A stretch of 64,000 nt of DNA from Vulcanimicrobiaceae bacterium (GTDB lineage Bacteria > Vulcanimicrobiota > Vulcanimicrobiia > Vulcanimicrobiales > Vulcanimicrobiaceae). Each line of letters begins with the position of its first letter. Positions within the stretch are counted from its first letter, which is position 1. A program made the position numbers and the translations under genes. Below the pieces are notes generated by a model that was not told where the DNA came from, made no database searches, and worked only from the letters and a program-made list of their open reading frames with translations. The DNA lies in assembly GCA_035279385.1 (NCBI GenBank), contig DATEHZ010000061.1, forward strand, positions 4,310 through 68,309. The letters are read 5' to 3'. This document shows positions 16,724 through 26,871 of the stretch, piece after piece.

Positions 16724-19700
16724 TTAGCGGCCTGCGAGAGCCCGCACGTCGTAGCGAACCGCACGAGCGCCGCCTGGCGCGTAGGTGAGCGTGACGAGCG
16801 CGTCCGTGTCGTGACGCTGGATATCCGCGCCTTGCACGCCGCCGCGCTCCCACGTTATCGAGAGCACGCGGTGATGCGCGGGTTCGACGAAGTCGATGCC
16901 GTCGCTGCGCCGCAGGATTCGCGTCGTGCGGTCGATCGCGATGGACGAAAGTTCTTGCGCGCGCTGCGATGTCGAATCCGCAAATGCCGCGCGGAGCGTG
17001 ACGGTAAATCCGCCATCTCGCATGGCGATCGTTTTTCGAAACGTCGCGCCGTGCGGCGGCGCATCCGGGGCCGAGTACGTAAACGTCGCGCTGCGGCCGT
17101 CACTATGCACATCTTCGGCGTAGCAGCGGTTGAACGTGCCCGCCGGAATCGGATGCGTGTACTTCGCGATATAATCGCGCGCCGACGGCGGACTCTCCCG
17201 CATCCACGCATCTCGCAGCCCGCCGACCGTCGTGAACAAATTGTCCGAGCGGGCGGTATCTTCGAACACGAGCGCGCGCGCGCCGGCGCACGGTGAGACG
17301 ATAAGGCGCAGCGCCGCACTCTCGAACACGACGGCGGGATAACCGTCGCTATAGACGTCGGCTTTATAGGCGACCGGACGATCGACAAACGCCCGGAGCG
17401 CCGCGGTTGCTATCCAGCTGCCCGCGCGCAGCGGCACGGCGTTGCGGTGCGGTGCAGAAGGAGCGGGAGCGGACGCGACCGTTTCGGGCGCGTTCGCCGC
17501 CGCGGCGAGCGGAACGAGCAGCGCATCGCGCGCCGGAACCGTTTGCGCCGGAACGTTCGCCGAGAATGCACCTGAATGCACGTGCGCGGCGCGCGTCCGT
17601 AGCGTCGTGCGGCCGTAGTTGACGATATCGAGGAACGCAAACCGTCCGTTCGCCGACACGAGCAGCGCCGCATTCGAAATGCCGCCCGCAGCGGGTGAAG
17701 CGACACGTGCAGCGCGAGCGCTGCCGATCGTGCGTCCGCCCTGGGCGCGGTACGCGCGAAGTTTGCGCTGCACCGCCGGAACGTAGGGCGTCGCTGCGCC
17801 GTTCGGCGGCAAAATCAAGACCGGATATCGCTGCAGATCGTTCGCGGATATGTAACGCAAATCGACGAGCGAGCAGGTGATGCGCATGATGCGGCAGCCG
17901 CGCTGCGCGTCCATCGTCGCCTGCGCGATCTGCGCCACGCGATCGTTCGTCATGCGGGACGCATCGTATGCGCTCGTCAGATACGCGATTGCCGCGTCCG
18001 CCGCGCGGTGCGTTTGCGCGAGCAGCGCGCCGTAGCGCGCAACGAGGCGCCCGAAGCGCGCCGTCGGCGACCAGCGCGCCTGCCGCGTCGTTTGTACGGA
18101 GAGCGCCGCATCCCAGGAGTAAAACGCGTTGGTCCACGGCGCTTCCCACCCGGCGGGGTAGAGCGTATCCTGCACCGGGAAATTTACGATGCCGTGCGCG
18201 CCCATCTGCAGCAGCGTGTGCAGCGCGAGCGTGGTGTTCGCCGGGTCCGCCGGGCGCGGCACGGGTTGATCCGCGCCCTGCAGCCACCCGGCTTGAAACT
18301 CGCCGATCATGACCGGCCGTTGGGGCTGCGTCGCCAGCAATCCCGTCGAAAATTCGAGCTGGGTACGATCGTGCTCGCCGATGCTGTACGCGTCGCTTTG
18401 ATACCAGTCGCCCCACGCCCACGCGGGCGCCGACGCCGTGACCTTCATGTCGAACGTGTTGATGAAGAGCGGAGCATCGGGCGCAGCACCGCGCACGACC
18501 GACGCGAGATACGAAATGTACCGGTGAAAATGCGGCCCCGGCCACGTGTCGTTATCCAGGTACGCGCCTTGATCGTCGTCGAGCGCGATGCCGATGAGGT
18601 CGTGTTGCCACGGCGCGAGCGTACGCAGCACGGTCTTCAGCCAACGAACGGCGTAGCGCATGTGCACGGGGTTGTTCATCCATTCTTGCGCCGCCGCATC
18701 GGAATGCGCGTTCTGCAGCGTTGCCGTCGCCGGGTAGCGTCCTTCCAGAACGTCACGCAGCGGCATGCGGTATTGCGGACGCTCCAGCAGCCACGCCGGG
18801 TAACCGCCGTTGCGCCACTCGTTGCGTATCACGGGGCCCGGCCGCAGCACCACTTTAAATCCGTCGTCGTGAATGAGTTTGAAAAGCCCCACGAGATCGC
18901 GCCGCGGATTCGTGCGGCCGGTGAAGTCGAAATCGCCGTCGCGCAGTTCGTGCCAGTTCCAGATCGCGTACACGTCGATCGTGTTGATGCCCATCGCCTT
19001 GTAGCGTTCGAGGTCGTTTTGCCACTCTTCGCGCGGGATGCGTTCGTAGAAGAAGGCCGCGCCGTACATGAAAAACGGCTGCTGCGTCTGCGCGCGCGCC
19101 GGAGCCGCTGCGAACGCAATTGTCGCGAGCGCGAACAGGCCTGCCGTAACGCGCGCCGCGAAGGGCCACGCGCGCTGCGCTCGCGCAAGGCCGAGGTAGG
19201 CGATGACGCCCACGGCAAGCCAGGCCACACCAAGTGCGATGGGCCGGGGCCCCGTGCTGACGAACGCGTAGCACCAGCCGGCAAGCGCGATCAGCGCGGG
19301 AAGCGGATAGAGCCACATGCGGAACGGCGCGCGTTCGCCGCGGATGCGCAGTGCGAAGAGCGCGCCGATTTGTGCGATGTTTCCGGTCAGTATTGCGGCT
19401 GCGCTGAGCAGCGCGATGACGTCCACCAAGTTGAAGAAGCATCCCGCAATGGAGACCGCCCCGATCCCGAGCAGCGCAACGTGCGGAAACTGCTTGGACG
19501 GATGCAGCTTCGCGAACCAGGGGAGAAACGCGCCGTCGCGCGCTGCGGCGAACGGCACGCGCGCGGCGCCGGCGAGATTGCCGTACAGCGAGGCGAAAGC
19601 CGTCAGCAAGATGAGCGCCGTTACGGCGACTGCCGCTTGCCAGCCCCATGCGTTCTGCACCACGGTCGCGCCGACGAACTGCGATTGCGGCGTCGGATGA

Positions 19701-20494
19701 CCGTTTGCGTCGAGCAGCGACTGCCACGGCACACCCGAGAGCACGCCGATCTGCAAGAAGACGTACAGTGCCAGAACGATGAGAATTGCCCACACGATCG
19801 CGAGCGGCAGCGTGCGCTGCGGCTGCTGCACCTCTTCCCCGACGAGCGCGATTTGCGCGTAGCCGGCGTAGTCGTACAGCGTGATGAAGAGCGCGCTTCC
19901 CAAGCCCGTGACGAATCCCCAGCCCAGCGAGAGTGGCGCCGCAGCGGAAAACGCGCGGTGCACGTCGCCGTGTGAGAATCCCGCTATGCCGACGATGAGC
20001 AGCGTCGCAACGGCGGCCACGCCCAGGTACGCCGCAAGATTCGCAACGGCGGTGATGCGGCGATACACGAATGCGATGCTGACCAAACCGATGCCGACGG
20101 CAATTGCATGCGTGACGTTCGGATCGTTCGCCGCCGGCGGAAAGACGTACCCTGCGTACTGCGCGAAGCCGATGTAGCCGGTTGCAATCGTCAGCCCGCT
20201 GCTTAGAAAAAACTGCCAATTGAAGAGAAAGGCGAACAGGCGTCCCCAACTATTGGCGCCGAAGACGTCGCGCAGATAGGCGTACGTGCCGCCCGCACCG
20301 GGATAGCGCGAGCCCAATTCCGCCCATACCAGCCCGTCGCACAGCGCGACCAGCGCGCCCGCAATCCAGCCGGTAAGTGCGAGGGGACCGGCGAGCTGCG
20401 CGAGCACCAGCGGAATCGTGATGAGCGGTCCGATGCCGATCATCGTGATGACGTTGAGCGCAATGGCGCCGCGCAGGTTGATGCCGCGGATCAT
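16724..20494 (-). CDS. Fusion ORF: APC-family amino-acid permease (about aa 1-470) + GH35 beta-galactosidase-like domain and C-terminal beta-rich region
   Basis: N-terminal IGIGPLITIP.. with multiple TMs. After ..AAPARAQTQQ comes MGINTIDVYAIWNWHE..DFDFTG..VVLRPGPVIRNEWRNGGYPAWL, the GH35 signature. Single uninterrupted 1256-aa frame. Confidence 0.7.
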   Translation of the reverse strand: MIRGINLRGAIALNVITMIGIGPLITIPLVLAQLAGPLALTGWIAGALVALCDGLVWAELGSRYPGAGGTYAYLRDVFGANSWGRLFAFLFNWQFFLSSGLTIATGYIGFAQYAGYVFPPAANDPNVTHAIAVGIGLVSIAFVYRRITAVANLAAYLGVAAVATLLIVGIAGFSHGDVHRAFSAAAPLSLGWGFVTGLGSALFITLYDYAGYAQIALVGEEVQQPQRTLPLAIVWAILIVLALYVFLQIGVLSGVPWQSLLDANGHPTPQSQFVGATVVQNAWGWQAAVAVTALILLTAFASLYGNLAGAARVPFAAARDGAFLPWFAKLHPSKQFPHVALLGIGAVSIAGCFFNLVDVIALLSAAAILTGNIAQIGALFALRIRGERAPFRMWLYPLPALIALAGWCYAFVSTGPRPIALGVAWLAVGVIAYLGLARAQRAWPFAARVTAGLFALATIAFAAAPARAQTQQPFFMYGAAFFYERIPREEWQNDLERYKAMGINTIDVYAIWNWHELRDGDFDFTGRTNPRRDLVGLFKLIHDDGFKVVLRPGPVIRNEWRNGGYPAWLLERPQYRMPLRDVLEGRYPATATLQNAHSDAAAQEWMNNPVHMRYAVRWLKTVLRTLAPWQHDLIGIALDDDQGAYLDNDTWPGPHFHRYISYLASVVRGAAPDAPLFINTFDMKVTASAPAWAWGDWYQSDAYSIGEHDRTQLEFSTGLLATQPQRPVMIGEFQAGWLQGADQPVPRPADPANTTLALHTLLQMGAHGIVNFPVQDTLYPAGWEAPWTNAFYSWDAALSVQTTRQARWSPTARFGRLVARYGALLAQTHRAADAAIAYLTSAYDASRMTNDRVAQIAQATMDAQRGCRIMRITCSLVDLRYISANDLQRYPVLILPPNGAATPYVPAVQRKLRAYRAQGGRTIGSARAARVASPAAGGISNAALLVSANGRFAFLDIVNYGRTTLRTRAAHVHSGAFSANVPAQTVPARDALLVPLAAAANAPETVASAPAPSAPHRNAVPLRAGSWIATAALRAFVDRPVAYKADVYSDGYPAVVFESAALRLIVSPCAGARALVFEDTARSDNLFTTVGGLRDAWMRESPPSARDYIAKYTHPIPAGTFNRCYAEDVHSDGRSATFTYSAPDAPPHGATFRKTIAMRDGGFTVTLRAAFADSTSQRAQELSSIAIDRTTRILRRSDGIDFVEPAHHRVLSITWERGGVQGADIQRHDTDALVTLTYAPGGARAVRYDVRALAGR

Positions 20495-20547
20495 GCTCGC
20501 GCCGTTCTCTGTAGTGGCCTGCGACCCTGGCGGCGAAGAGCGCGTCC

Positions 20548-21591
20548 ATGACGGACAAGCGCACCACGCTCGCGCGCCTCATGCGATTGCAAGGCGACGT
20601 GCGCGTCGATTTCATCACCAGTCCCGCGCTGCAGGGCAATGCGCTCGGCGATCCGGCGGAGCGGCCCGTAGCGGTGTACCTGCCGCCGCATTACGATCCC
20701 GAAGGTTCGAAGCGGTATCCGGTGCTGTATTGCCTGCACGGATACACGGGCGACGTCGCGGCATTGCTCGGCGCCCGTCCGTGGGAGTGGAACGTCGTGC
20801 AGCGTATCGATCGCCTCATCGCGGGTTTGCAGATGGAACCGGCGCTGCTCGTGGTCGTCGACGGTTTCACGCGCCTGGGCGGTTCGCAATACGTCGATTC
20901 GATTCATAACGGCGATTACGCGACCTACGTTACGCGCGACGTGATCGGCCACGTGGACCGCACTTATCGAACCGTCGCGTCGGAGGGCGGCCGCGCCGTG
21001 CTCGGCAAGTCGTCCGGGGGCTTTGGTTCGCTGCATCTCTGCATGAACTATCCCGGGTTCTTCGCCGCGTTCGCCTCGCACAGCGGCGACTCGTATTTTC
21101 GTTACGCGGATCCGCCGCTGTTCGTGCAAGCACAGCGCACGCTGGAGAAGCACGGCTGGAACGTCGGCAAATTCGTGGAGCATTTCGAGGAGGCGAACAA
21201 ACGTCCGCAGAGCGATTACTCCACGATGGAATTTCTCGGCTATGCGTCTGCGTATTCACCGCGCAGTGCGAACGCGTTCGACATCGAGTTGCCGTTCGAC
21301 CGGAATACCGGCGAGCTGCGTGAGGACGTGTGGGCGCGGTGGCTTGCGTTCGACCCGGTAGAGATTTGCCGGGACAAGCAAGCGGAACTGGCGCGCCTAC
21401 GCTTGCGTTACTTGGACTGCGGCCGGCGCGACGAATACGCGCTGGACGTCGGGGCGCGCATCCTCGCAGCCCGCATGCGGGAGATGGGCCTGGAGGTGCG
21501 CCACGAAGAGTTCGACGACGATCATCGAAACGTCGGATACCGCTACGATGTGTCGCTGCCGGCATTGGCCGGCGTCTTGGAGAGAGCATGA
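20548..21591 (+). CDS. Esterase family protein (enterochelin-esterase/esterase D-like alpha/beta hydrolase)
   Basis: YLPPHYDP..RYPVLYCLHGYTGD and GKSSGGFGSL (GxSxG). Confidence 0.75.
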   Translation: MTDKRTTLARLMRLQGDVRVDFITSPALQGNALGDPAERPVAVYLPPHYDPEGSKRYPVLYCLHGYTGDVAALLGARPWEWNVVQRIDRLIAGLQMEPALLVVVDGFTRLGGSQYVDSIHNGDYATYVTRDVIGHVDRTYRTVASEGGRAVLGKSSGGFGSLHLCMNYPGFFAAFASHSGDSYFRYADPPLFVQAQRTLEKHGWNVGKFVEHFEEANKRPQSDYSTMEFLGYASAYSPRSANAFDIELPFDRNTGELREDVWARWLAFDPVEICRDKQAELARLRLRYLDCGRRDEYALDVGARILAARMREMGLEVRHEEFDDDHRNVGYRYDVSLPALAGVLERA

Positions 21592-22160
21592 ACCGGTTCG
21601 TTCTGGCCCTGGTCCTGTGTGGGCCGGCGGCCGCTGCCGTGCCCGCCGCCGCGCAACAAGCGCCGCAGCAGGCCTACGCCGCGCCCACGCCGGCGCCGAA
21701 TCAGTTCACCGATCCGGCGATGTCGTTCATAGCGCCCGCAGGCTATTACAAAGCGAACATTCCCGCGCACGATCCCACCGATTTCGATCAGCCGACCGTC
21801 GTTGCCGCATTCGCGAATCGCGGTGCGACGCGCGTCATCTCCATCCAAATGGAGACCTTCACCGGCTCGCTCAGCGGTTTCGAGATGGTGACGGAAAACG
21901 AAATGCGCAACGCGACCGACGGCGTGTTCTTCAAAAAGAAAGAGCAGACGACGCTCTCCAACGGCATGCCGGCCTATTGGCAAGAGATCACCGTCGGCAG
22001 CGGCTTCCAGACGGCCAAGCGTTTTCAGTACGCGTGGATCGACGGCGTGCGGGGCGTCGTGCTTTCGATCACCGGGCGGTACGGCGAGATTACGGAAGAC
22101 GAAGCCAAGAAAGCGCTGGCGAACGCGAGCGCCGTCGCCTATCCGCGCAACCGCTACTAG
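21588..22160 (+). CDS. Secreted hypothetical protein
   Basis: ATGA overlap with the esterase stop. Signal peptide MNRFVLALVLCGPAAAAVPAAA. Confidence 0.6.
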   Translation: MNRFVLALVLCGPAAAAVPAAAQQAPQQAYAAPTPAPNQFTDPAMSFIAPAGYYKANIPAHDPTDFDQPTVVAAFANRGATRVISIQMETFTGSLSGFEMVTENEMRNATDGVFFKKKEQTTLSNGMPAYWQEITVGSGFQTAKRFQYAWIDGVRGVVLSITGRYGEITEDEAKKALANASAVAYPRNRY

Positions 22161-22251
22161 CGCGCCGTCGCGGCTTTACTAGCCGCCCAGACACATGCCA
22201 TGTCCCATCCGGCATCCCCCAAACGTGTATGGTGGCAAAGGAGGAACACTC

Positions 22252-22593
22252 ATGAGTCAATTCGTGTATCTCTATCGCGGCGGCCGCAGCCCCGAATCCC
22301 CCGCCGAAGGCGAGCAGGTGATGCAGCGCTGGATGACTTGGCTTGGGGACTTGGCAGCCAAGGGCCACGTCAAAGATCAGGGCCAACCGCTCGAAGGCGA
22401 AGGCAAAGTCGTGCGGCGTAACGGTAAGGGCCAAGCGATCACCGACGGGCCGTACCCCGAATCGAAAGACATTGTCGGCGGTTACACGCTCATCGAAGCC
22501 AAAGATCTGGCGGAAGCAGCCGATCTCGCCGGCGGATGTCCGATCCTCGATCGCGATGGTCTGGTTGAAGTGCGGCCGGTTCTTTTGATGTAG
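22252..22593 (+). CDS. YciI-like (DGPF) family protein
   Basis: Strong SD AAAGGAGGA 7 nt upstream. ..ITDGPYPESKD.VGGY..IEA motif. Typically partners the downstream sigma factor. Confidence 0.8.
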   Translation: MSQFVYLYRGGRSPESPAEGEQVMQRWMTWLGDLAAKGHVKDQGQPLEGEGKVVRRNGKGQAITDGPYPESKDIVGGYTLIEAKDLAEAADLAGGCPILDRDGLVEVRPVLLM

Positions 22594-23873
22594 TGGAACC
22601 GGACGAACATCTCTTCCGGCGCGAGTTCGGACGGATAGTCAGCGCGCTGGTCCGCATCTTCGGTTTCGGTCAGCTCGCGCTCGCAGAAGACGTCGCACAG
22701 GACGTCTTCTGCCGCGCGCTCGAGACCTGGAAGCTGCGCGGTGTTCCGGAGAATCCGTCGTCGTGGCTGATGAAAGCCGCGCGGAACCGTGCGATCGACA
22801 TCTTGCGCCGCGAGCGCACCGCAGCGAACGCCGTACCGCAATTGCACCGCCTGGTGCAAAGTGAATGGACGCTGGTTCCGGCGATCGACGGTGTCTTCAG
22901 CGTCGAGACGATCAAGGACGATCAGTTGCGCATGATGTTTTCGTGCTGCGATCCGGCTCTTTCGGAAGAGACGCAAGTGACGCTGATCCTGGCGCTTCTG
23001 GGCGGTTTCACCGCTCATGAAATTGCCGCAGCCTTTTTAAGTAAGCGCGATGCGGTCGCAAAACGCATCGAGCGCGGCAAAAAAGTTTTGGCCGCCTCAC
23101 AGACGTTATTCGAATTGACCGACGCCGATTTGCCCGCGCGCTTGTCGGCCGTGCAGCGCGCGCTGTACCTGCTTTTCAACGAGGGGTATCACGGCGCGTC
23201 TGCGCACGGTGCGGTTCGTCCGGAGCTCTGCCGCGAAGCCATGCGCCTGGCCGGACTCTTGCTCGACAATCCGCTTGCGTCGACGACGAGAACGTACGCC
23301 TTGTGCGCCCTCATGTGGCTCAACGCGGCCCGCCTGCCGGCTCGCGTCGACGCCGACGGGGATCTCATCGCGCTCTACGATCAAGATCGCGCCCTTTGGG
23401 ACGGCAGCCTCGTCACGCAAGGGAACGCATTTCTGAATCTCGCCGCGAGCGGAGACGATCTGAGCGAGTATCACGTCGAAGCGGCGATTGCCTGGGTGCA
23501 CAGCAGCGCGAGGCGCATCGAGGATACCGATTGGGAGCGCATTCTCTGGCTGTACGACACGCTCTTCGCGATTCGGCCCTCACCGGTGATCGCGCTGAAT
23601 CGTGCGATAGCGCTGGCGCAAACGGACGGGCCGCAGGCGGGCATCGACGCGATCTCCGCGATTCCCGAGTCGCAGCGCCTGCGGTCGTATCCGTTCTTCC
23701 ATGCGGCGCTTGCCGAATTGGAATTACGCGCCGGACGTCCGGAGTGCGCGAGTGCGCATTTCGAACAAGCGCTCGCGCTCGCGCGCAATCCGACGGAACG
23801 CCGGTTTTTAACTACACGCGCGTTACGCTCTCGCGCGCCGAACGCTCCAACGCCTGTTTCAAGTCCCCGATAA
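22593..23873 (+). CDS. ECF-type sigma-70 factor with a long C-terminal extension
   Basis: Region 2 (DVAQDVF..A) and region 4 (LGGFTAHEIAAAFL) followed by about 230 aa (LYLLFNEGY...). GTG overlaps the upstream TAG. Confidence 0.8.
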   Translation: MEPDEHLFRREFGRIVSALVRIFGFGQLALAEDVAQDVFCRALETWKLRGVPENPSSWLMKAARNRAIDILRRERTAANAVPQLHRLVQSEWTLVPAIDGVFSVETIKDDQLRMMFSCCDPALSEETQVTLILALLGGFTAHEIAAAFLSKRDAVAKRIERGKKVLAASQTLFELTDADLPARLSAVQRALYLLFNEGYHGASAHGAVRPELCREAMRLAGLLLDNPLASTTRTYALCALMWLNAARLPARVDADGDLIALYDQDRALWDGSLVTQGNAFLNLAASGDDLSEYHVEAAIAWVHSSARRIEDTDWERILWLYDTLFAIRPSPVIALNRAIALAQTDGPQAGIDAISAIPESQRLRSYPFFHAALAELELRAGRPECASAHFEQALALARNPTERRFLTTRALRSRAPNAPTPVSSPR

Positions 23874-24987
23874 GATCTTCGATATCTTCGATCCCCACGG
23901 ATAGACGCAGCAAGCCGTCGGTCACGCCGCGCTTTTCGCGCTCTTGCTTCGGAATCGAACCGTGCGTCATGCGCGCGGGATGGCAAATCAGCGATTCCAC
24001 GCCGCCCAGGCTCTCCGCGAGACTGAAATAGTGCATGCGGTTCGCGAAGTCGATCGCGCGCTGCTCCGGGCCTTTGAGCGTGAACGAGACCATGCCGCCG
24101 AAGCCGCTCATCTGACGTTTCGCGAGTTCGTGCTGCGGATGCGAGGCGAGGCCCGGATAGTACACGCGGTCGATCTCCGAATGACTTTCCAAAAACTCCG
24201 CCACCGCCTGGGCGTTCTTGGCGTGTTCGCGCATGCGAAGTGCGAGCGTCTTTGCGCCGCGCATCGTCAGCCACGCGTCGTTCGGTCCCGGAATCCCGCC
24301 GACCGCGTTTTGATGAAACTTGATGACCTCGTAGAAGTCTTTGTTGCTCGTGAGCGCCGCGCCGCCCACGACGTCGCTATGGCCGCCGATGTACTTGGTC
24401 GTGGAGTGCACGACGACGTCCGCGCCGAGCGCAAGCGGCTGCTGAAAGTACGGCGATGCGAACGTGTTGTCGACGACCACGATGACGTGCCGCGCCTCGT
24501 CATGGTGAGCCAGTCGAACCATCGCGCGAATATCGATGAGTTTGAGCAGCGGATTCGTCGGCGTCTCGACCCAGAACATCTTGGTGTTCGGTTTGACGGC
24601 CGCGCGGACGGCATCGATATCCGCCATGTCGACGTAGGTGAATTCCAAACCGTAGCGCGTGAGGACGCGCGAGAAGAGCCGGTACGTTCCGCCGTAGAGA
24701 TCGTCCGTGACCACGACGTGGTCGCCGGCGGAAAGCAGATTCAGCACCGCGGACGTTGCCGCCATGCCGCTCGCGAACGCGCTGCCGTACTCTGCGTTCT
24801 CGAGCGCCGCGAGCTGCGCTTCGAGCGCCACGCGCGTCGGATTCACCGTGCGGCTGTAATCGAAGCCTTTATGAACGCCGACGGCTTCCTGCGTATACGT
24901 CGAGGTTTGATAAATCGGAACGATGGTCGCGCCGGTCGCAGGGTCGGCGCCCTGGCCGACGTGGATCGCTTTGGTCGAGAATTTCAC
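23812..24987 (-). CDS. Cys/Met-metabolism PLP enzyme (cystathionine gamma-lyase/synthase family)
   Basis: GFDYSRTVNPT, SGMAA and HSTTKYIGGHSD (PLP lysine). Sits directly downstream of CBS. Confidence 0.85.
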   Translation of the reverse strand: MKFSTKAIHVGQGADPATGATIVPIYQTSTYTQEAVGVHKGFDYSRTVNPTRVALEAQLAALENAEYGSAFASGMAATSAVLNLLSAGDHVVVTDDLYGGTYRLFSRVLTRYGLEFTYVDMADIDAVRAAVKPNTKMFWVETPTNPLLKLIDIRAMVRLAHHDEARHVIVVVDNTFASPYFQQPLALGADVVVHSTTKYIGGHSDVVGGAALTSNKDFYEVIKFHQNAVGGIPGPNDAWLTMRGAKTLALRMREHAKNAQAVAEFLESHSEIDRVYYPGLASHPQHELAKRQMSGFGGMVSFTLKGPEQRAIDFANRMHYFSLAESLGGVESLICHPARMTHGSIPKQEREKRGVTDGLLRLSVGIEDIEDLIGDLKQALERSARESVTRV

Positions 24988-24988
24988 G

Positions 24989-26359
24989 CTACTGCCGCAC
25001 CTTCGAGTCGCTTGCGGTGGAGAGATAACTGATGATGTCTTGCCGCGTCAGCACGCCGATCGGCTCGTCCTCGTCGGTGACGACGACCGCGTGATTCGCG
25101 AGCGTAAGCAGCTTATACGCGCGTTCGATCTCCTCGCTCTGATCGAGCACGGGGAAGGGACGCCCCATCACCTCGCTGACCGGTTTGTGAATGATGTCGG
25201 CTTGATCGAAGACCGCCTGCATCACGGCGACGTCGTTGATGCTGCCGATCTGCTCGGTGCCGCGCATGACGGGAATCTGAGAAATCTCGTACTGCCGCAG
25301 CAAGTCCAGCGCGGATTGCACGACGTCGGTATCCTTCACGGTGATGAGCGGCGGCAGCGGACGTTTGCTGCGGAGCACGTCGCCGACGGTTGCGCGGCGT
25401 TTGCCCTCGGAGAGAAACCCATTGGCGATCATCCATTCGTCGTTGAAGATCTTCGACATGTAGCCGCGTCCGGAATCGGGGAAGAGCACGACGAGCACGG
25501 CGTCGGCCGGAAGCGTTTTCGCGAGTTTCATCGCGGCGACCGCCGCGGTGCCGGACGAGCCGCCGACGAGCAGCCCTTCTTCGCGCGTGATGCGCCGCGC
25601 CGTCAGGAACGACTCGCGATCCGAGACACGCACCATTTCGTCGATGACTTTCAAGTCGACGGTTTCGGGCAGATACGACATGCCGATACCTTCAACCGCG
25701 TACGACTTGGGCGTGTCGCCGGAGTAGATCGAGCCTTCCGGGTCGGCCCCGACGACGTGAATCTTCGGATTCTGCTCTTTCAGAAAGCGCGCGGTGCCGG
25801 AGATCGTTCCGCCCGTGCCGATGCCGGCGACGAAATGCGTGATGCGGCCCGCGGTTTGCCGCCAAATCTCGGGGCCGGTCGTGTGGTAGTGGGCTTCCGG
25901 ATTATGATGATTGTGAAACTGGTTCGGCTGAAACGCGCCGGGAATCTCCGATGCCAGCCGGTTTGCGACGCCGTAGTAGGATTCGGGCGAATCGTTCGGC
26001 ACGTTCGTCGGCGTCACGACCACTTCGGCCCCGTACGCACGCAGCAGATCGACTTTTTCTTTCGCCATCTTGTCCGGCATGACCAGAATGCAGCGGTATC
26101 CGCGAATCGCCGCCGCCATGGCGAGACCCGACCCCGTATTGCCGCTGGTGGGCTCGACGATCGTGCCGCCGGGCTTGAGCAGCTCCGCCTTCTCGGCGGC
26201 GTCGAGCATTGCGACGGCAGGACGATCTTTCACGCTGCCGCCGGGGTTCATGTACTCGACCTTCGCCAGAACCAAACACTCGGCGCCGTCCGTTACTTTG
26301 TTGAGCCGAACGAGTGGGGTGTTGCCGATGGCTTCGAGCGCATCGTTGAAATATTGCAT
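24989..26359 (-). CDS. Cystathionine beta-synthase (PLP domain + tandem CBS domains)
   Basis: Start reset to MQYFNDALEAIGNTPLV. NPGGSVKDR and TSGNTG motifs. C-terminal CBS pair. Confidence 0.85.
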   Translation of the reverse strand: MQYFNDALEAIGNTPLVRLNKVTDGAECLVLAKVEYMNPGGSVKDRPAVAMLDAAEKAELLKPGGTIVEPTSGNTGSGLAMAAAIRGYRCILVMPDKMAKEKVDLLRAYGAEVVVTPTNVPNDSPESYYGVANRLASEIPGAFQPNQFHNHHNPEAHYHTTGPEIWRQTAGRITHFVAGIGTGGTISGTARFLKEQNPKIHVVGADPEGSIYSGDTPKSYAVEGIGMSYLPETVDLKVIDEMVRVSDRESFLTARRITREEGLLVGGSSGTAAVAAMKLAKTLPADAVLVVLFPDSGRGYMSKIFNDEWMIANGFLSEGKRRATVGDVLRSKRPLPPLITVKDTDVVQSALDLLRQYEISQIPVMRGTEQIGSINDVAVMQAVFDQADIIHKPVSEVMGRPFPVLDQSEEIERAYKLLTLANHAVVVTDEDEPIGVLTRQDIISYLSTASDSKVRQ

Positions 26360-26515
26360 GCCGGTACGCGTGTCCGACGCCGTGGTCGTCAAGGTCTTGG
26401 CCTCCGGAAAAGGTATTGGGAACCTCTTCGCCTTCCGCGCTCCTTCGGTACGGCCCTTCGGCGCTCGGTCACATTGCCCGGTCCGGGTATGATGTACGGA
26501 GAAGAGGGAGGCATC

Positions 26516-26860
26516 ATGAAACGCGCACGAGCCCTTGGGCTGCTCCTCGCATTCGCGGGAATTTTTGCATTGGCCGCGTGTGATGACTCCGCGCTGCCGC
26601 CGGGCGGAACGTACCAGAGCGTCGCCGGCGTGGTACTCGACGCCGCAACGAACCGGCCGATTTCGGGGGCGACCGTTACGGTGGACACCGTCCTGACGAC
26701 GACGACGGATGCGGCGGGAAAGTTCTCGTTTGCAAAAGTTCCGGTCGGCGACATCGACTATCAGGTCACCACGCCGGAGGGTTCCTACAAAGCGTACACG
26801 AGCAGCGCGCATTTGGCGCCCGATAAACCATTGGCACTGACGATAACGCTCTCACACTGA
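26516..26860 (+). CDS. Lipoprotein with carboxypeptidase-regulatory-like (Ig-like) domain
   Basis: SD GAGGGAGG. Lipobox FALAAC. GVVLDAATNRPISGATVTV pattern. Confidence 0.6.
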   Translation: MKRARALGLLLAFAGIFALAACDDSALPPGGTYQSVAGVVLDAATNRPISGATVTVDTVLTTTTDAAGKFSFAKVPVGDIDYQVTTPEGSYKAYTSSAHLAPDKPLALTITLSH

Positions 26861-26871
26861 CCACCGCGCGC

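Noticed and set aside
26360-26515. Possible SAM/SAH-type riboswitch in the 156-nt leader of the CBS/cystathionine-lyase operon.
   Set aside because: I read the minus-strand leader. There are GC-rich hairpins and a CCGAAGGAGCGC stretch, but I could not place the conserved cores of SAM-I/II/IV or SAH riboswitches in the right order. An Rfam covariance search would be needed.
24923-26860. A 645-aa plus-strand ORF spanning the CBS gene.
   Set aside because: It is antisense to an unmistakable cystathionine beta-synthase. Only its last 114 codons, from the ATG at 26516 after a GAGGGAGG SD, look like a real lipoprotein gene.
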